This document shows, piece after piece, positions 1 through 13,112 of a stretch of 64,000 bases of DNA. Position numbers and translations under genes: made by a program. The first letter of the stretch is position 1. Every line of letters starts with the position of its first letter. The stretch lies in assembly GCF_023055435.1 (NCBI RefSeq), contig NW_025963890.1, forward strand, positions 48,608,001 through 48,672,000. The letters are read 5' to 3'. The notes under the pieces were generated by a model. It ran no database searches, was not told the DNA's origin, and worked only from the letters and a program-made list of their open reading frames with translations. Source of the DNA: Haliotis rufescens (taxonomy: Eukaryota).

Positions 1-377
1 CAGAGTCGTATTTCTTGCTGCTTTTGTCACCAGAAACAAAACACTATCACTTTCCTTGCACTCAACCTCAGCAGGGGGCAAGGGCGACAGGGACAAAGGG
101 GAGGTAACTCAGTGCTGTATTGCATACTAAATCACAGGAATATCCCAGTACTGCCCTGGTCATTAGTTCCCAGTGCTATGCAAGCTGTGTGGAGATCACA
201 AGCATACCTCGGACACTATAATGCCAGCGGGAAATTAACCTGCACCTACAGTACACGTAACCTCCAGCTCTTTCAACAACCCACAACACAGATAATCCAA
301 TAAATAAATTAGAAAACATTTTATAACTGATTGACTTGAACAGGCCAGTGGATTTCTGGTCTTTTAAAGGCATTTAG

Positions 378-475
378 AAGTCTTTTCACCTGATGAACGA
401 GTAAGTTTATACTCCGAAACATTGTGTTCCTCATAATAAAGAAGCTGACATCCACAAATTCTCTTCCTTAGTTAA
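378..475 (+). mobile_element. Penelope-like element (pseudo-LTR) remnant containing a degenerate minimal type-I hammerhead ribozyme (387-426)
   Basis: CAC-CTGATGA-A-C-GAGTA-agttta-TACTC-C-GAAAC-ATT-GTG gives both hammerhead core boxes, stem II GAGTA/TACTC and stem I CAC/GTG. AATAAA follows at 445-450, as in PLE termini. Confidence 0.6.
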
Positions 476-1724
476 TTCCTGTAAAAAAATTTTTGCATTT
501 TGATGTCGGAGTTGTCAGTTATTACTGCCACCATTTGTGTTGTCACACTGAGTAACCTGGCACTGTTTCCAAGCCTGCCATAAACAACATGGCTAATCTT
601 TGCTCCCACTTATACAAAATGGTTCTGGAAACAAAAAGCTGGCAGTTAGTGAGATGTGTGTCACACAAACAAACGATGATGTCTCTAACACATTATCTTG
701 CACAGTTCCAGCAGCATGGGAACATACCAGTGATGCCTTGATGACAAGCATACTGCCAGTCTTAGAGTGCAACTTGCTGAAGTGGAAAGTACTTGTGTCT
801 CAAACTCACTTGTCTCTACGCATACTGATGATGTCATTTGGAAATAAATTATCATAACTTCAATTTCAGCATCGTAAGATTACACAAAGTATCATTATTC
901 TGTCAGGTTTATAACTTAAAGAGTATGGGAAACTGAAAAGATCATGAGAACACAATGGTCTAAATGTTGTGGTTAAAGTATATTTGAAAGAAACAAAAAT
1001 GTTGTTTTTAACTGCAAGCCGCATTGCCATCATACATAACTTCCTCCAAAGCAGCTATCAAGGGGCCTCGTCACCTTGACCTTGTTTTCAACTCCTCGCT
1101 CAAAGACAACTGACGATGCACATACAAGAAAATAAGTTTTTTTATATTTTCAGTTAAAGAATAAGGCCCGGAAAACCATACATGACAAATTTTGGCACAT
1201 CCCTCTATTTCATTTTTTTAACATTTAATTAAAAAACTTAACATAAGAAAATCAACACTAACAATGTTTTACTTGATTTGTACTGTCGCAATTACTAAAA
1301 CAATCCACAAAAGATAAATAATTCTAGTACGGCCTTACTGAAGTCAACTCTAGTTCGGGTCAAGCAGCACAAAGATAGTATTGACAGAGTACGTAACTCA
1401 TCAAGTGAGACCTGCCAGGACTTGACAGACTTAGTAGACACAATTTATGGGTAACAACTTCTTTAATACTGTAAAAAGCCAAGTTTCGGTATAGATCCTT
1501 ATACCATTGTCAAGCAAGACTGAATGAGGGACATAGTACAGAATATATATAGTAGGTGGAGGATCAACAGTAGAGGATTAACAGTAACAACAATTGCATA
1601 CAAGAGTGGGATAACGTGAGTAAGTAATGACAACAGAAGGACAATACTGTCACAACATGATGGACAGAGAACACATAGGTGGAAGCCAATGGGACATGAA
1701 GCCAATTAAACAGGATAAGTCTTG

Positions 1725-1910
1725 ATAGACTTGCACAAGTCTCTAAGGCAATAATTAATAGTTTACGCCATAAGTTCTTGATTATGTAAATAATAAGAAC
1801 AAGTTGTCCCTATAAGAGACTGGAGTCCTGACTGTCCACTTGCCTATTAGGAGGATAGAATTACTACACATCCATGGACTTTTCTTTCAGTACTGCCTTG
1901 GAGCAAGGCT
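1725..1910. repeat. Unclassified interspersed repeat, with an inverted copy at about 32418-32612
   Basis: About 190 bp is the near reverse complement of 32418-32612 (for example aataagaacaagttgtccctataagagactgg versus ccagtctcttatagggacaacttgttcttatt). Confidence 0.75.
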
Positions 1911-2147
1911 AAGGACTCGCCTTCTTCGGCAACAAAGTCAGCTGGAGTTTGTAATCACGGATAATTGACTGTCTTATGTGCCATTCTAATCACACATCGT
2001 ATTTAATGACATGGACTATAGATGGAATGTAAGTAGAAATAGTACTACCGCACTGAAGCTCACCTATCAACAAAGAATATGTCACTTTACAAAGTCAGCA
2101 TCAATATTCAATAACATCGCGTCCAAGACTATCGCACTTATATAGTA

Positions 2148-2489
2148 GTTGGTTGGTTTGTTGTTTAATGCCACACTCAGCAATATTCCAGCTATATGAC
2201 GGCGGTCTGTAAATAATCGAGTCTGGACCAGACAATCCAGTGATTGACATCATGAGCCTCGATCTACGCAAATGGGATATGATGACATGCATCAACCAAG
2301 TCAGCGAGCCTGACCACCCAATCCTGTTTGTCGCCTCTTACTGCAAGCATGGGTTGCTGAAGACCTATTCTACCCTGGATCTTCACGGGTCACAAGCATG
2401 GGTTGCTGAAGACCTATTCTACCCTGGATCTTCACAGGTCACAAGCATGGGTTGCTGAAGACCTATTCTACCTCGGATCTTCACGGGTC
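2148..2489 (-). mobile_element. SINE-like family A (GACCC head, no tRNA region) with the 5' 49-bp module triplicated
   Basis: (AAAC)n-type tail and shared body. Three tandem copies of caagcatgggttgctgaagacctattctacc...cttcacRggtc start at 2344, 2393 and 2442. Confidence 0.9.
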
Positions 2490-2866
2490 GATCCATATAA
2501 GAACCATGTAGTGGTTGCTGTGTTGGTGCCTGGAGTACCTAGATTAACCCAAGCAAGGCTGAGGATCAGACTCTTTTGTCTCTGGACCAAGGATTATATA
2601 GCCAAGACCATCTGACATTGATGAAGTCATAACTTTAAACTGTAATGAATGACGAGTGACACAATTGCACGACTCGCTCTGGGTGGTTGACAGCACATGA
2701 ACAATTGGGTCTAACAGTTGGGAATAGCATTATTTATGTTAAAGCAGCTGAGTGATTCCAGACACACATGTCATGGTTATATGCTAATTAGCTCATCATT
2801 CAGACAATAATTGTCATGATTAGGTTGCGATGACATTTCCACGTGCCTAACATGTGTCAGGCCATG

Positions 2867-3004
2867 NNNNNNNNNNNNNNNNNNNNNNNNNNNNNNNNNN
2901 NNNNNNNNNNNNNNNNNNNNNNNNNNNNNNNNNNNNNNNNNNNNNNNNNNNNNNNNNNNNNNNNNNNNNNNNNNNNNNNNNNNNNNNNNNNNNNNNNNNN
3001 NNNN
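2867..3004. other. Assembly gap (N run)
   Basis: Run of N characters. Confidence 1.
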
Positions 3005-3092
3005 TGGCGGGAACACCAGAAATGGGCTTCACACATTGTACCCATGTGGGGAACCGAACCCGAGTCCTTGCCCTGGTAACCCCACCACCCCC
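3005..3092 (-). mobile_element. tRNA(Asp-like)-derived SINE family B, partial and cut by the gap
   Basis: gggaacaccagaaatgggcttcacacattgtacccatgtggggaaccgaaccc matches the copies at 22991 and 28213. Confidence 0.8.
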
Positions 3093-6000
3093 TGAAACAG
3101 TGGGCAGGGCTTGTGTCGCATTAGTGCGCTGAAAGATGCCACAGATTTCAAATCATTGTCTTCACTGTTCGTATTAATGATTAAATGATAAGTTTGTAAA
3201 TTTACCATTGTTAACATATTTATTTATATGAATTGAAGTCTGTATCTGGGCGTAAAAGACACTGATGTCAATTCTAACTATCTTACACGAGAGCCATCAG
3301 GGTAGTAGCATGTGTGGGTTGTGAGTGTTGGATATTTCCTCACATGGACAAAAAACAACACTGGCATTTCTCAACATGGACATTTCCCCAAATCGAATAT
3401 AAAAATAATTTATATGACAGTTTTATTTGCAACATGACAAACTATAACAATATGAATATTAAAATTCACGATCACTTGTCAAGTTAACCAAAATGTCACA
3501 AGCTGGAGGTTTTCACAGATAAACGTGGATTCTAACCAAGTCTGGTCTTCTTTGACATGCATTACTGGTTGAGTAACTTTCTTCCATCTGCAATACCCAC
3601 AGAGAAAGGAATGATTAAAAATGATGATAATAAATTGCAACCTTTGATATCCCCAAACACCAATACTGATATGCTCATTGGGCAATTGTCAAAATCAAAA
3701 TCCTAATAATATCCTGTCTCCATGGTCAGACCGAGTGATTGTTAAGATAACAAATCCTATCTACAGACAACATGGCAGCCTATATTCATTTCAAATATCT
3801 TCTTCTAATTAGTGGAGTTCCCTGCCAAACTTCTCTTATTAATGCTTTAAAAACAACAACAACAACAACAACAACATTAAAAAGAAGTGTGGTGTGGTGA
3901 AATGTCCTACTTTGAGGACGAAGGGGAAGTACAACTTGTTGAAAATGGAAAAAAACAAAAATTTCAAAATTCATGGCAAAAGGCAGCACTTCAGCACTTG
4001 GTAGCTGAACATCCAGTTTATGAAATCTTTCACTACACAAACAAATTTTCTGTTATAAAATACAAAATTTCCAAATCATACTGCTAATATCACAGTAGGA
4101 TGAATACAGCTTGCTCAACGTGCCTATTCTTATCATCTTATCATACTGGTACAGGATTAAACTAAAGGCAGATTCAGTAGTAAAGTTATGCCCCAGGAAC
4201 AATGTGACACACAAAAATTGCCTCTTTCCACGTCCCTGCCAAACTGTATTTGGGCTGTGAACGAAAAAAAACAGTCAAACAGACAATTGACCCCATTAGG
4301 ATGAACGGAAGAACCATTAGTTTGGTCAAAAGGATTAAAATTGTTTAAAGCCTAAAGATATTTGCAAGAATTTGAGGGCATCGTCAAACAGCAAAACTCA
4401 AATAATGACATGTCAGCCATCTTGAGCAAGTAGCATCAGAATGTTTGTGACATAATAGAGAATTCCGGCAAAAGAGTTCTCACCAGAGTGCATTATGGGA
4501 GAATGTTTGGGCAGTGTCAAACAGTCAGCACATATTTCCTTCAATCCAGATGTTCCAGAATGAAATCAGCAGTATTACCTCATCTCCAAATGTACAGCAC
4601 GTATGAGTGGGAATTTAGGCAGATTCTATCAATTTTTGTCATCCTATCCTACACTCTATGTGTAACATGGAAGTTATTGTTTTCCATTTGTAAAAACATA
4701 TTGAAATATAAGAAAAAAATAATACTGAAATAGGAGAGAAAAATTTGAAAAAAAAAAAAAATTAATTCCTTCTGTTTCTTGCAAACAAAAGCTAAATTTC
4801 CAAACTTGTGGTTGACAGTTGAAATTGAATACCTTGAAAAAAATTCCAACTACTTCAAGTCATTATGATTCATGCAAAGTTTCAGTTCTTAACATTTGTA
4901 CTTTCTCAAAAAGCTTTTTTAACTTTTTAAATTTCTAATTTAAACAAAACAACAAAAATTTCAATTTTGATCAAGTTCCACTCTTGAAAGACAAACAAAC
5001 ATCCCTGCAGAAATGTAGGATATTTCAGGCAGTTGTACGTGAGAAAAAGGAAAAGAACATGCATTTGCAACATCATCTACAACACCCATCCTGATGCGAA
5101 CAGCAAACAACAAAGATGTGCAGTCGATCAGAGGACATGACGAACTCTCTTTAAGTACCATCAGCTGAAACTTTTGTCAAAACAATACTTCAACTGAATA
5201 TTGAAAACAGCAACTTACAATAAATGACAAACACCCTGAATTCCACACCCCATGCTGGCAGCAAGCACCTGTTGCCCAGTTATATAATATATGATAATAG
5301 AGGAACCTTGGGGGGGGGGGGGGGGGGACAAGTCAAGGGGTATGAGGAGAAGGGGAAGGTCAGGTGGCCCCCAATGGGGGAGAGCAGTGCTTCAGTTCAA
5401 GGACAAGGATATACCTTTGTTTGCCAGCGAGGAGATAACACACTGACCGACTTTCCTTTTCTTTCATGGACTTCACAGTCCCTACAGCTGCAATAAAAAA
5501 CTTGCCCCTTTCCTGATTGGTGCAGCCGAGACCAGGTGTTTTTGTCAGCCAATTACGTGAAAGGTTTTATATTTAGTTCTGACATTTTATTACTTCAGGA
5601 CCAGGAGTGGGACAGTAAAGGAAGCTCATTATAGAAATTGGGCTCTTGCACAACACCGTGCCACTTTATGTAAATAATCCTGTAACATTTGAAAACAACA
5701 TACACAAATCTAGTGGTTGAAAACATTCTTATATTAGAATATATGTCATATAAAATATTATATATGTAATTAAATATTTTCATGTTCACTTAAATATTTT
5801 TTTCTGAGTGACATTGTGGATTACTAAATGGAAATGACTTCTACATTGTTGAAATAATACATCAAATTTGACACTGATTAAACAGTTGACCTGGACACAG
5901 CGCAATTGGAACAAATGCTGGTTCTGTCTAAAATGGGACAGACTTCTGGGGCTCGAGATTGGATGTGTCCAAGCAATATGAACTGATTAAATAGACTATA

Positions 6001-7616
6001 TCTTGGTCATGTGAAACACTTAAAAAAAAAAAATGAAAGTCATTGTTTTCCGTTTTGTAAAAACAGTATGAAATGCAACAAATAAAAAAATATAAACAGA
6101 TATATGCACAGCTAAAGATAGCCCTGTAAATTACACAGGATTCCCATTTGAAATATTCAGATATGAGACAGTGAGTTAAAACTCTGACATCTAGAAAAGA
6201 GAGGTAGGTAACAAGTTGAGATCTTAATGTTTGTGTATGGTGCATTTCTTCTATTGACAACTTGATGGTATTAAGTGAACAGCGTGAAATATATGTCAGA
6301 TTACAGAGAGGCTGACATAAAGAGGCTCTAGTGTCTAAAAACACCAGAAGTGTTACTCATGCAGCATTTGAAATAATATTAATAATCTCCGGCATTGCAT
6401 GAGTACATGACAGAACTCCTTAAACAAGGTCTGCATGGGGTGAGGTGTAGATATACATGGAATATAATGAGCTTACTCCAAAGTTTTTGCCCAAATCAAA
6501 TCAGTTCATGTCATAGCCTTCCTCTCACGTTGTGTAAGAATTTATTAAGTACATAAAACTGTACCACAAAACAATATTGTCTCATGTTTTTGAGTAACAG
6601 CAGGCATGTTTTTTCATTTTTCATGGCCCTTCAAAAAAAAGATATTCCTTATCTTACTACATTATCTTCTTTAAAATGCAAGATTTTAACCTTGTCTGGA
6701 ATCTCTTTTTAAAAATTGACAAAATATACCCGATGCTCTTTTCTACCAAGTGCTCATTTCTAATATATACAGGAGAGATGTAGCTACAAATGTAAGCTGG
6801 AACATTCTTAACAGAATTGTTGAACCAATCCTTTAATATACCGGACAGATATGGGGTATATACTCAATTTTGCTAAAAGAGACAGATACATTTTACACCT
6901 GTAAAATTACAGGTAAAATGGTGCAAGCAGGAAATAAAGGCTTTCTAAGAGAACACAACATTAGGCATGCACAGCTGAGCTCAGACAGTTTCCCCTTTTA
7001 TGTATACCGATAGTCATTAAATATATTTTGGAATTATTAATGGCATAGGAATAATCAAGTAAATCATCATTTATTTAGAACATACAGAAAAAATACAGAT
7101 AAAGATTACACCAAATGATTACTTCAAAACTGACCCAAATGTGTTTTCTGCAGCGTAAAAATATTTGTGTAAATGTCACATAATATAAAATAAACATAAA
7201 ACTTTGGCGAACTAAACATAGAGAAACAAGTGTGTGATCATTGACGCTTCCATGATGCCGAGGAACACTATTAATATTGTCATGCAGTAACACAAATAAG
7301 GAACAGATTTCTTGTACAATTCTCTTTACATTAAAAATAATATTTTCAAAAACCAAAATCAAACAGAATAATTCTTCCTCTTATTTTCAAACAATTAAAA
7401 TATTGACGCGCCTTACTAACTCAAACCATGAAGCACTCTGAAGGCAGATTGAAGAATTGTTATCTCAAATACATTTCTGGATAACATACACAACATATTT
7501 AATAAATAAACATTGCAGCTATGTTTTTGTAAATGAAATATTCATTTCAAAATGATCATATATTGCAAGAAGCCATATTTTTCGACAAAACTGAGTTTGC
7601 AGACAGTGTGTAAGCC

Positions 7617-8010
7617 ACAAGATAACATGCACTCTCAGACATATTGACTGGTGGCTACACCGCTCCCGAAAACAGTGTCAACCCTCAATTATTTTGTAAA
7701 TTGTTTCCATGGTAACAATCAAAATTTCAAAATTACTATTGTCAAAAGGCACAGACTCTCCACCCAGTTGTTAAAATGTGTGAGTTGTCAAGGAAGTATT
7801 GAACAGTGATCAAGTTAACAGAAACAAACCTCACCCTCTGGAACTGAAAAACCTAACTTGATTCAACGAAGGTAACAAAAATAAAACATGCAACTAATTC
7901 TATCTCTGATAATGGCACGCTTTACCACATGCGCAAAGTTGTCGGAGAAAATATGCTGCTTTTTCAGACATAATACAGACTGACATCGCAATACACACTC
8001 ACCATACAAA
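7617..8010 (+). mobile_element. Degenerate non-autonomous Helitron/Helentron-like (HINE-type) element
   Basis: acaag- start and two diverged core repeats (gtaacaa...aaaa...aaggcac.../ gtaacaaaa...atggcacgc...aagttgtc), similar in style to 14523-15130. Confidence 0.35.
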
Positions 8011-10317
8011 CCACGAATATCCTAATTTCAGAAGTCGACACACCTAATACAGTTGATGTTGTACACATTGTCCTCATTTTGTGAACTGATTCAATTTTCA
8101 ATATTCAAATCTTTTCAGGAAATTCTAAACTTATTTACATAACCTAATACACAATACGTTTGAATAACTATGGAGAGAGTGTTTTGTCCTGTCTAGCTGG
8201 AGAAGCCCAAGCAATGCCGAGATATCACATCTCGCACTGCAACAACTCGAATAATTATTCTCATCCTCGCTCCACCACATAATTATGCAGGTCTTACGCA
8301 ATATTGAACCACCCTGTCCAGACTAGATATCTAGGCAATGGCGACAGGAAAACATATCCCTTCACAAAAACTTCAACCATGTTCACTGTCTATCAAGGAT
8401 AGAAGTGCCGATTAAGGAATCAATGAAGGAATAACACTTCACCTATTAAAGTTGAACAACATCTTCACTTGCACGAGTATTTGGCGCCCTCCAAGCGCAA
8501 TGCAAGGAGGACACTCAAGGAACATTTATACCAGCGCAAAACTGTCTTTTGGTCAAGTCCTTTTAAACACATTAAAGCCACATTTTCATCAAACAGTTTA
8601 AGCATATTTCGAATATTAATCGCTATTTCCTGTCTCAATTTGATTACTTAAATATAAAGAAGAATAAGCAGCAAATATAAAAAAAATTATTTTTACAAAT
8701 CTTGCTGCTCTAAATGTTCAGAAATCATTTCACCAAAGAACAAACTTTTATTCAATATGCAATGATAGCCAGCTGAAAATATAATCAATTTCTGGAGAAA
8801 CTGATGGGGTTATATCCCCGACATTACTACATGTTGTAATACGGCGCCATATACACATGGATAAGTAGCCGGCACAAAATGGTGAAGACTACCCTAGCAG
8901 CAGATTCTTTGACTCATCCATCCATTTCACCTCTGTCCACACCAACCGAATCAGATGACTCTACAGCTCGTGACTCAAACTGGTGTTAATTAAATACTTT
9001 AATTTCATGGAAGAATAAAGTTATTGAAAACATGAGTATGAAAAATTCACATTCTGTACATGTAATTTAAAAAATGCAAGTTTAATTAAATGTTAACATG
9101 CACATTTTCCTATTCTATTTCTACAGGGGCTGTGGTTGTTAATTCTCGGTATCCATGTGAAAGTTGACATCATTCTAGGGTCCTGAAGACTCTTCATGGG
9201 TAGGAAACATTATAATGCAAACTCGGTAACAGAAAGCCCATCTGCGCTTCTTTGGTCAGTATTATGATAGAAAGGATCAAATCTTGCCTGCATTATTCCC
9301 CAAATCACAAACAACACAAAAGTGACAATTCGCAATCAATAATACCTCTGATATAAACCAAATATACATAGACCCCAAACCCTAGGGACCGAAAAGCACA
9401 CTTTCATATGAACCCACTCCCAAACCAGAGCACTTTTAAAAATCATTGCACTTACCGATTTATTGTTGTGACTATGTGTAATTATCCTGTCCAGACCTGT
9501 GTAGTATATGAAGTATATATCCCTGTCAGCAGTGTATGTGACTAGAGCTGGTGTGTGGGAGGCTACTAGTGGAAATAAAGCATGTATGAGGGGACGAAGT
9601 TCTAAGCTCCTTACACTGGCGTTTGTTCAGTAGGTCAGGGAGCCTGCAATATAGTCTGGCAAGTGCAGGCTTGGCTGTCCCACTGACCCACTTCGGCATG
9701 TCACGTCAACTCCATACATCTTTGCCTGCCTCTTTCACCGATCATGGCATTCTAATCCTGAGTATACCACCTAGGTAACAATTACCCTTCTCTTTGAAAT
9801 TGGGAGAGGTATTTCCTGGGGTGGTTATTGCGTGTAGGGTGTTTGAGATGGATTTGAGAAGGAAAGAGCTGAGCTTAGCGTGTTTTCAATTGGATCAATA
9901 GAAGCTACAGTAAGGTTCTATTAATAGTACAACCCAGTGACCCCATCCTCTGCTTGTGATTAACAAACTGCCACAGGTCCTGTTTGTACAGAACCATCCC
10001 ACAATGCAATGTGAAGTCACACTGACATCGGCCAGATAAGCCGGGTGTTATCCCTGTATATACACTGGCCTAATGGTGCACAGCGAAATACACGCAACCA
10101 GACAAAGTGGAACAGAAAAATGGAAGCCATGGAAGAAATAGATGCAGTAAGAAGACAGATGGATGCACTGTGCTGTGGAACTGCATGAATAAACCAGCAG
10201 CTGCAACTCCCAGTCCTGCAGATAGCAATCTAAGACGGCACAGCTAGGCTGACACACAGCAACAGTGTGAATATAGGAGTGAATGGTTTATACTGCAACT
10301 GTTTAACATAAAGCGTT

Positions 10318-10525
10318 TTGTTCATTTGTTGTTTAACGCCGCACTCAGCAATATTCCAGCTATATGACGGCGGTCTGTAAATAATCGAGTCTGAACAAGA
10401 CAATCCAGTGATTGATATCATGAGCATCGATCCATGCAATTGGGATATGATGACATGCATCGACCAAGTCAGTGAGTCTGACTACCCAATCCACTTAGTC
10501 GCCTTTTATGACAAGCATAGTCGCT
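10318..10525 (-). mobile_element. SINE family A, 5'-truncated, followed by a short inverted (+) fragment at about 10545-10605
   Basis: gtttaacgccgcactcagcaatattccagctatatgacggcggtctgtaaataatcgagtc matches the family body. Confidence 0.85.
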
Positions 10526-10735
10526 CCTAAAGTGAATACGTGCTGTGGTCAAAACTCACAGACTTGGTTGATGCATGTAATCGTATCCCAACTATAAACG
10601 TCAATGCAAGAGAATAATTTGTCAGAACATAACTTCAAAATACACAGGGGCTGTTTAAAGTATGACATATGGAACATGACATGGGACTATATCAATGATG
10701 TGTTTTTGAAGAAGAATTTTTAAGGTCAGTACTAA

Positions 10736-11272
10736 CTCATCTTCTGAGGCAAGGGTGCAAACTGACTATCAAAGTCCAGTTTTTACCCTTTCCGAACTAG
10801 GCCGAATTTTTGGGCTAGATCGTAGTGCCACAAGTGGCTATTATGAGTTATGTCCCTTGTATGTCCCTCCTCTGACCAATCAGATACCACCTGTCATATC
10901 ACTTGCATTTGTTCAAACCAAATTGCAGGACCCAGTCAAGACGATCTAATCAAAATCGATATTTTGGTAAAACGGGTCTAACTTTGCAAAGTGTATTAAA
11001 TCAGGTAAGCACCTAGATTAAAAACATGAAACCCTTTGAGAAATATCTGTTGACACCCACTTGGTGGCACACATGCTTTGCAATTCCTGTAATCGACCAA
11101 AATCTGCATGACAGTTTATGAACCGAATGTGATTTCATTACACGATTTTGATTGGACTATGCATTGACTCGTTACATCAGCCAAAATATAACTCCATAAT
11201 TCCAGCCTAGTTCTGTAAGAGTGGAAATTGGACTTTTATTGTCTGTTAACTCCCTTGCCTCCGGAAGATGGG
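10736..11272. mobile_element. MITE with roughly 80-bp imperfect terminal inverted repeats
   Basis: Left ctcatcttctgaggcaaggg...aaagtccag...gaactaggc is the reverse complement of right gcctagttc...ttggacttt...cccttgcctccggaagatgg. No clear TSD. Confidence 0.7.
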
Positions 11273-12152
11273 GGATGGACAGAAAACAATCCAGGTGATG
11301 TCCAGGTGTAAGCAAGGTATGGATTCTATAGCAACACTTCAACCTAGAGAACAGGGCTAGCTAACTAGTTCATACACCAGCTGTGTAAATCTACCTTTTC
11401 AGTAACTCGGGATCAGTGTCAATGGAGTATACAGCTACCATATAGCAGAACAAACATGGTTTATTCAGCAACTCTGCACACTGCCAATTGCTAATACAAC
11501 TAATATATGTTAACGTACATTAAACTTGATTTCCTGACAGGCTATTAACAGGTTATGTGTCTTGAGCTGTGCATATTACGTTGCAAATATTGCCTTAAAC
11601 AATAAATATCTGTCATGCTAGACATTCAGGCTGGGGAAAATGCTAATTGCATTTGGCTAAAATGTCTTGCTTTAAATATTGCATGGCTTGATATTAAGCA
11701 AAGATAATGTGACCAACAAATTTCCTTAGATATTTCAAGGTGATACGCAATTTATTCCCTATCATTTTCAAACAGATGTTTATGAGAGACAGAGGACCTC
11801 CTTTGTGCTTCATGTTAAACAGGTTTTAGGCTCAGGGTAATAGCTTGTAATTCCTGAACACATATTGTAGAGCAGGACTTCCTATACCAGTCGTATTTCC
11901 TTGTACAGAGTGCAGAAATGTCAATATAGATATGGTGCAGGCACCAGTGATCAGGGCCCATCATCCTGCAATCCCTCAACGCACATACCATACTGTCTGT
12001 CACCATAACATAAAACACCAGCCATTTGGGTATCTAGAAAGGTCACCTTAATGGTTATTTGCCCTTTTTCAAACCATAGTGGTTCCGACACATGGCAGTG
12101 TTCAAATTCAGCTGCTTCCTCGTCAGACCTCTGTGTCAGTAGGACACTGGGG

Positions 12153-12842
12153 CACACACGGACACACTCACAGAGTGACAGATGGACAGACAGACACAGT
12201 CACAGAGTGACAGATGGACAGACACAGTCACAAACACACAGAGAGACAGATGGACAGACAGACAGACACACTCACAGAGAGACAGATGGACAGACACAGT
12301 CATAGACAGACACAGACACACACAGAGAGACAGATGGACACACTCACAGAGAGACAGATGGACAGACACAGTCATAGACAGACACAGACACACACAGAGA
12401 GACAGATGGACACACTCACAGAGAGACAGATGGACAGACACAGACACAGATGGACAGACAGACACACTCACAGAGTGACAGATGGACAGACAGACACAGT
12501 CACAGAGAGACAGATGGACAGACACAGACACACTCACAGAAACAGATGGACAGACAGACACACTCACAGAGAGACAGACACAGACACACTCACAGAGAGA
12601 CAGATGCACAGACAGACACACATACAGACACACACAGATGCACAAAAACACACGGACACACATACAGACACTGATGCACACAGACACACATAGACAGACA
12701 GACACACAAACACAGATGCACACATAGACACAAATGCAGACACAAACACAGATGCACACATAGACATATACACATAGACACAAATGCAGACACAGACACA
12801 GATGCACAGACACACACACAGATTCACAGACAGACATATACA
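12153..12842. repeat. Compound (CA/GACA/GAGA) microsatellite with higher-order blocks
   Basis: Recurrent acagagagacagatggacagac motif. Confidence 0.95.
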
Positions 12843-13112
12843 TGCATAGAAGAAGCCGAGTTGCCCTTGATGCTGTGTGGCGCCATGTAGCTGCAAACCA
12901 ACAGATGGCTCGATCACGTACAAAGGTGAATTAAAATATTGATGATTTAACAGTTAAAAATAAGACTTCTTTTACCATGCATGAAACATGCCTTGTATCA
13001 CACATGTGTTGTACTGTTCATAATGTTGATGTGGACTTTTTCAGCTTTGGCATTAAAGTATTCTCACATTTATTACCCACATGGTGAAGATACAGGTGGT
13101 AAGAAACTAAAT

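Noticed and set aside
12136-12923. Cys/Val- and Thr/Asp-rich ORFs
   Set aside because: Microsatellite translations.
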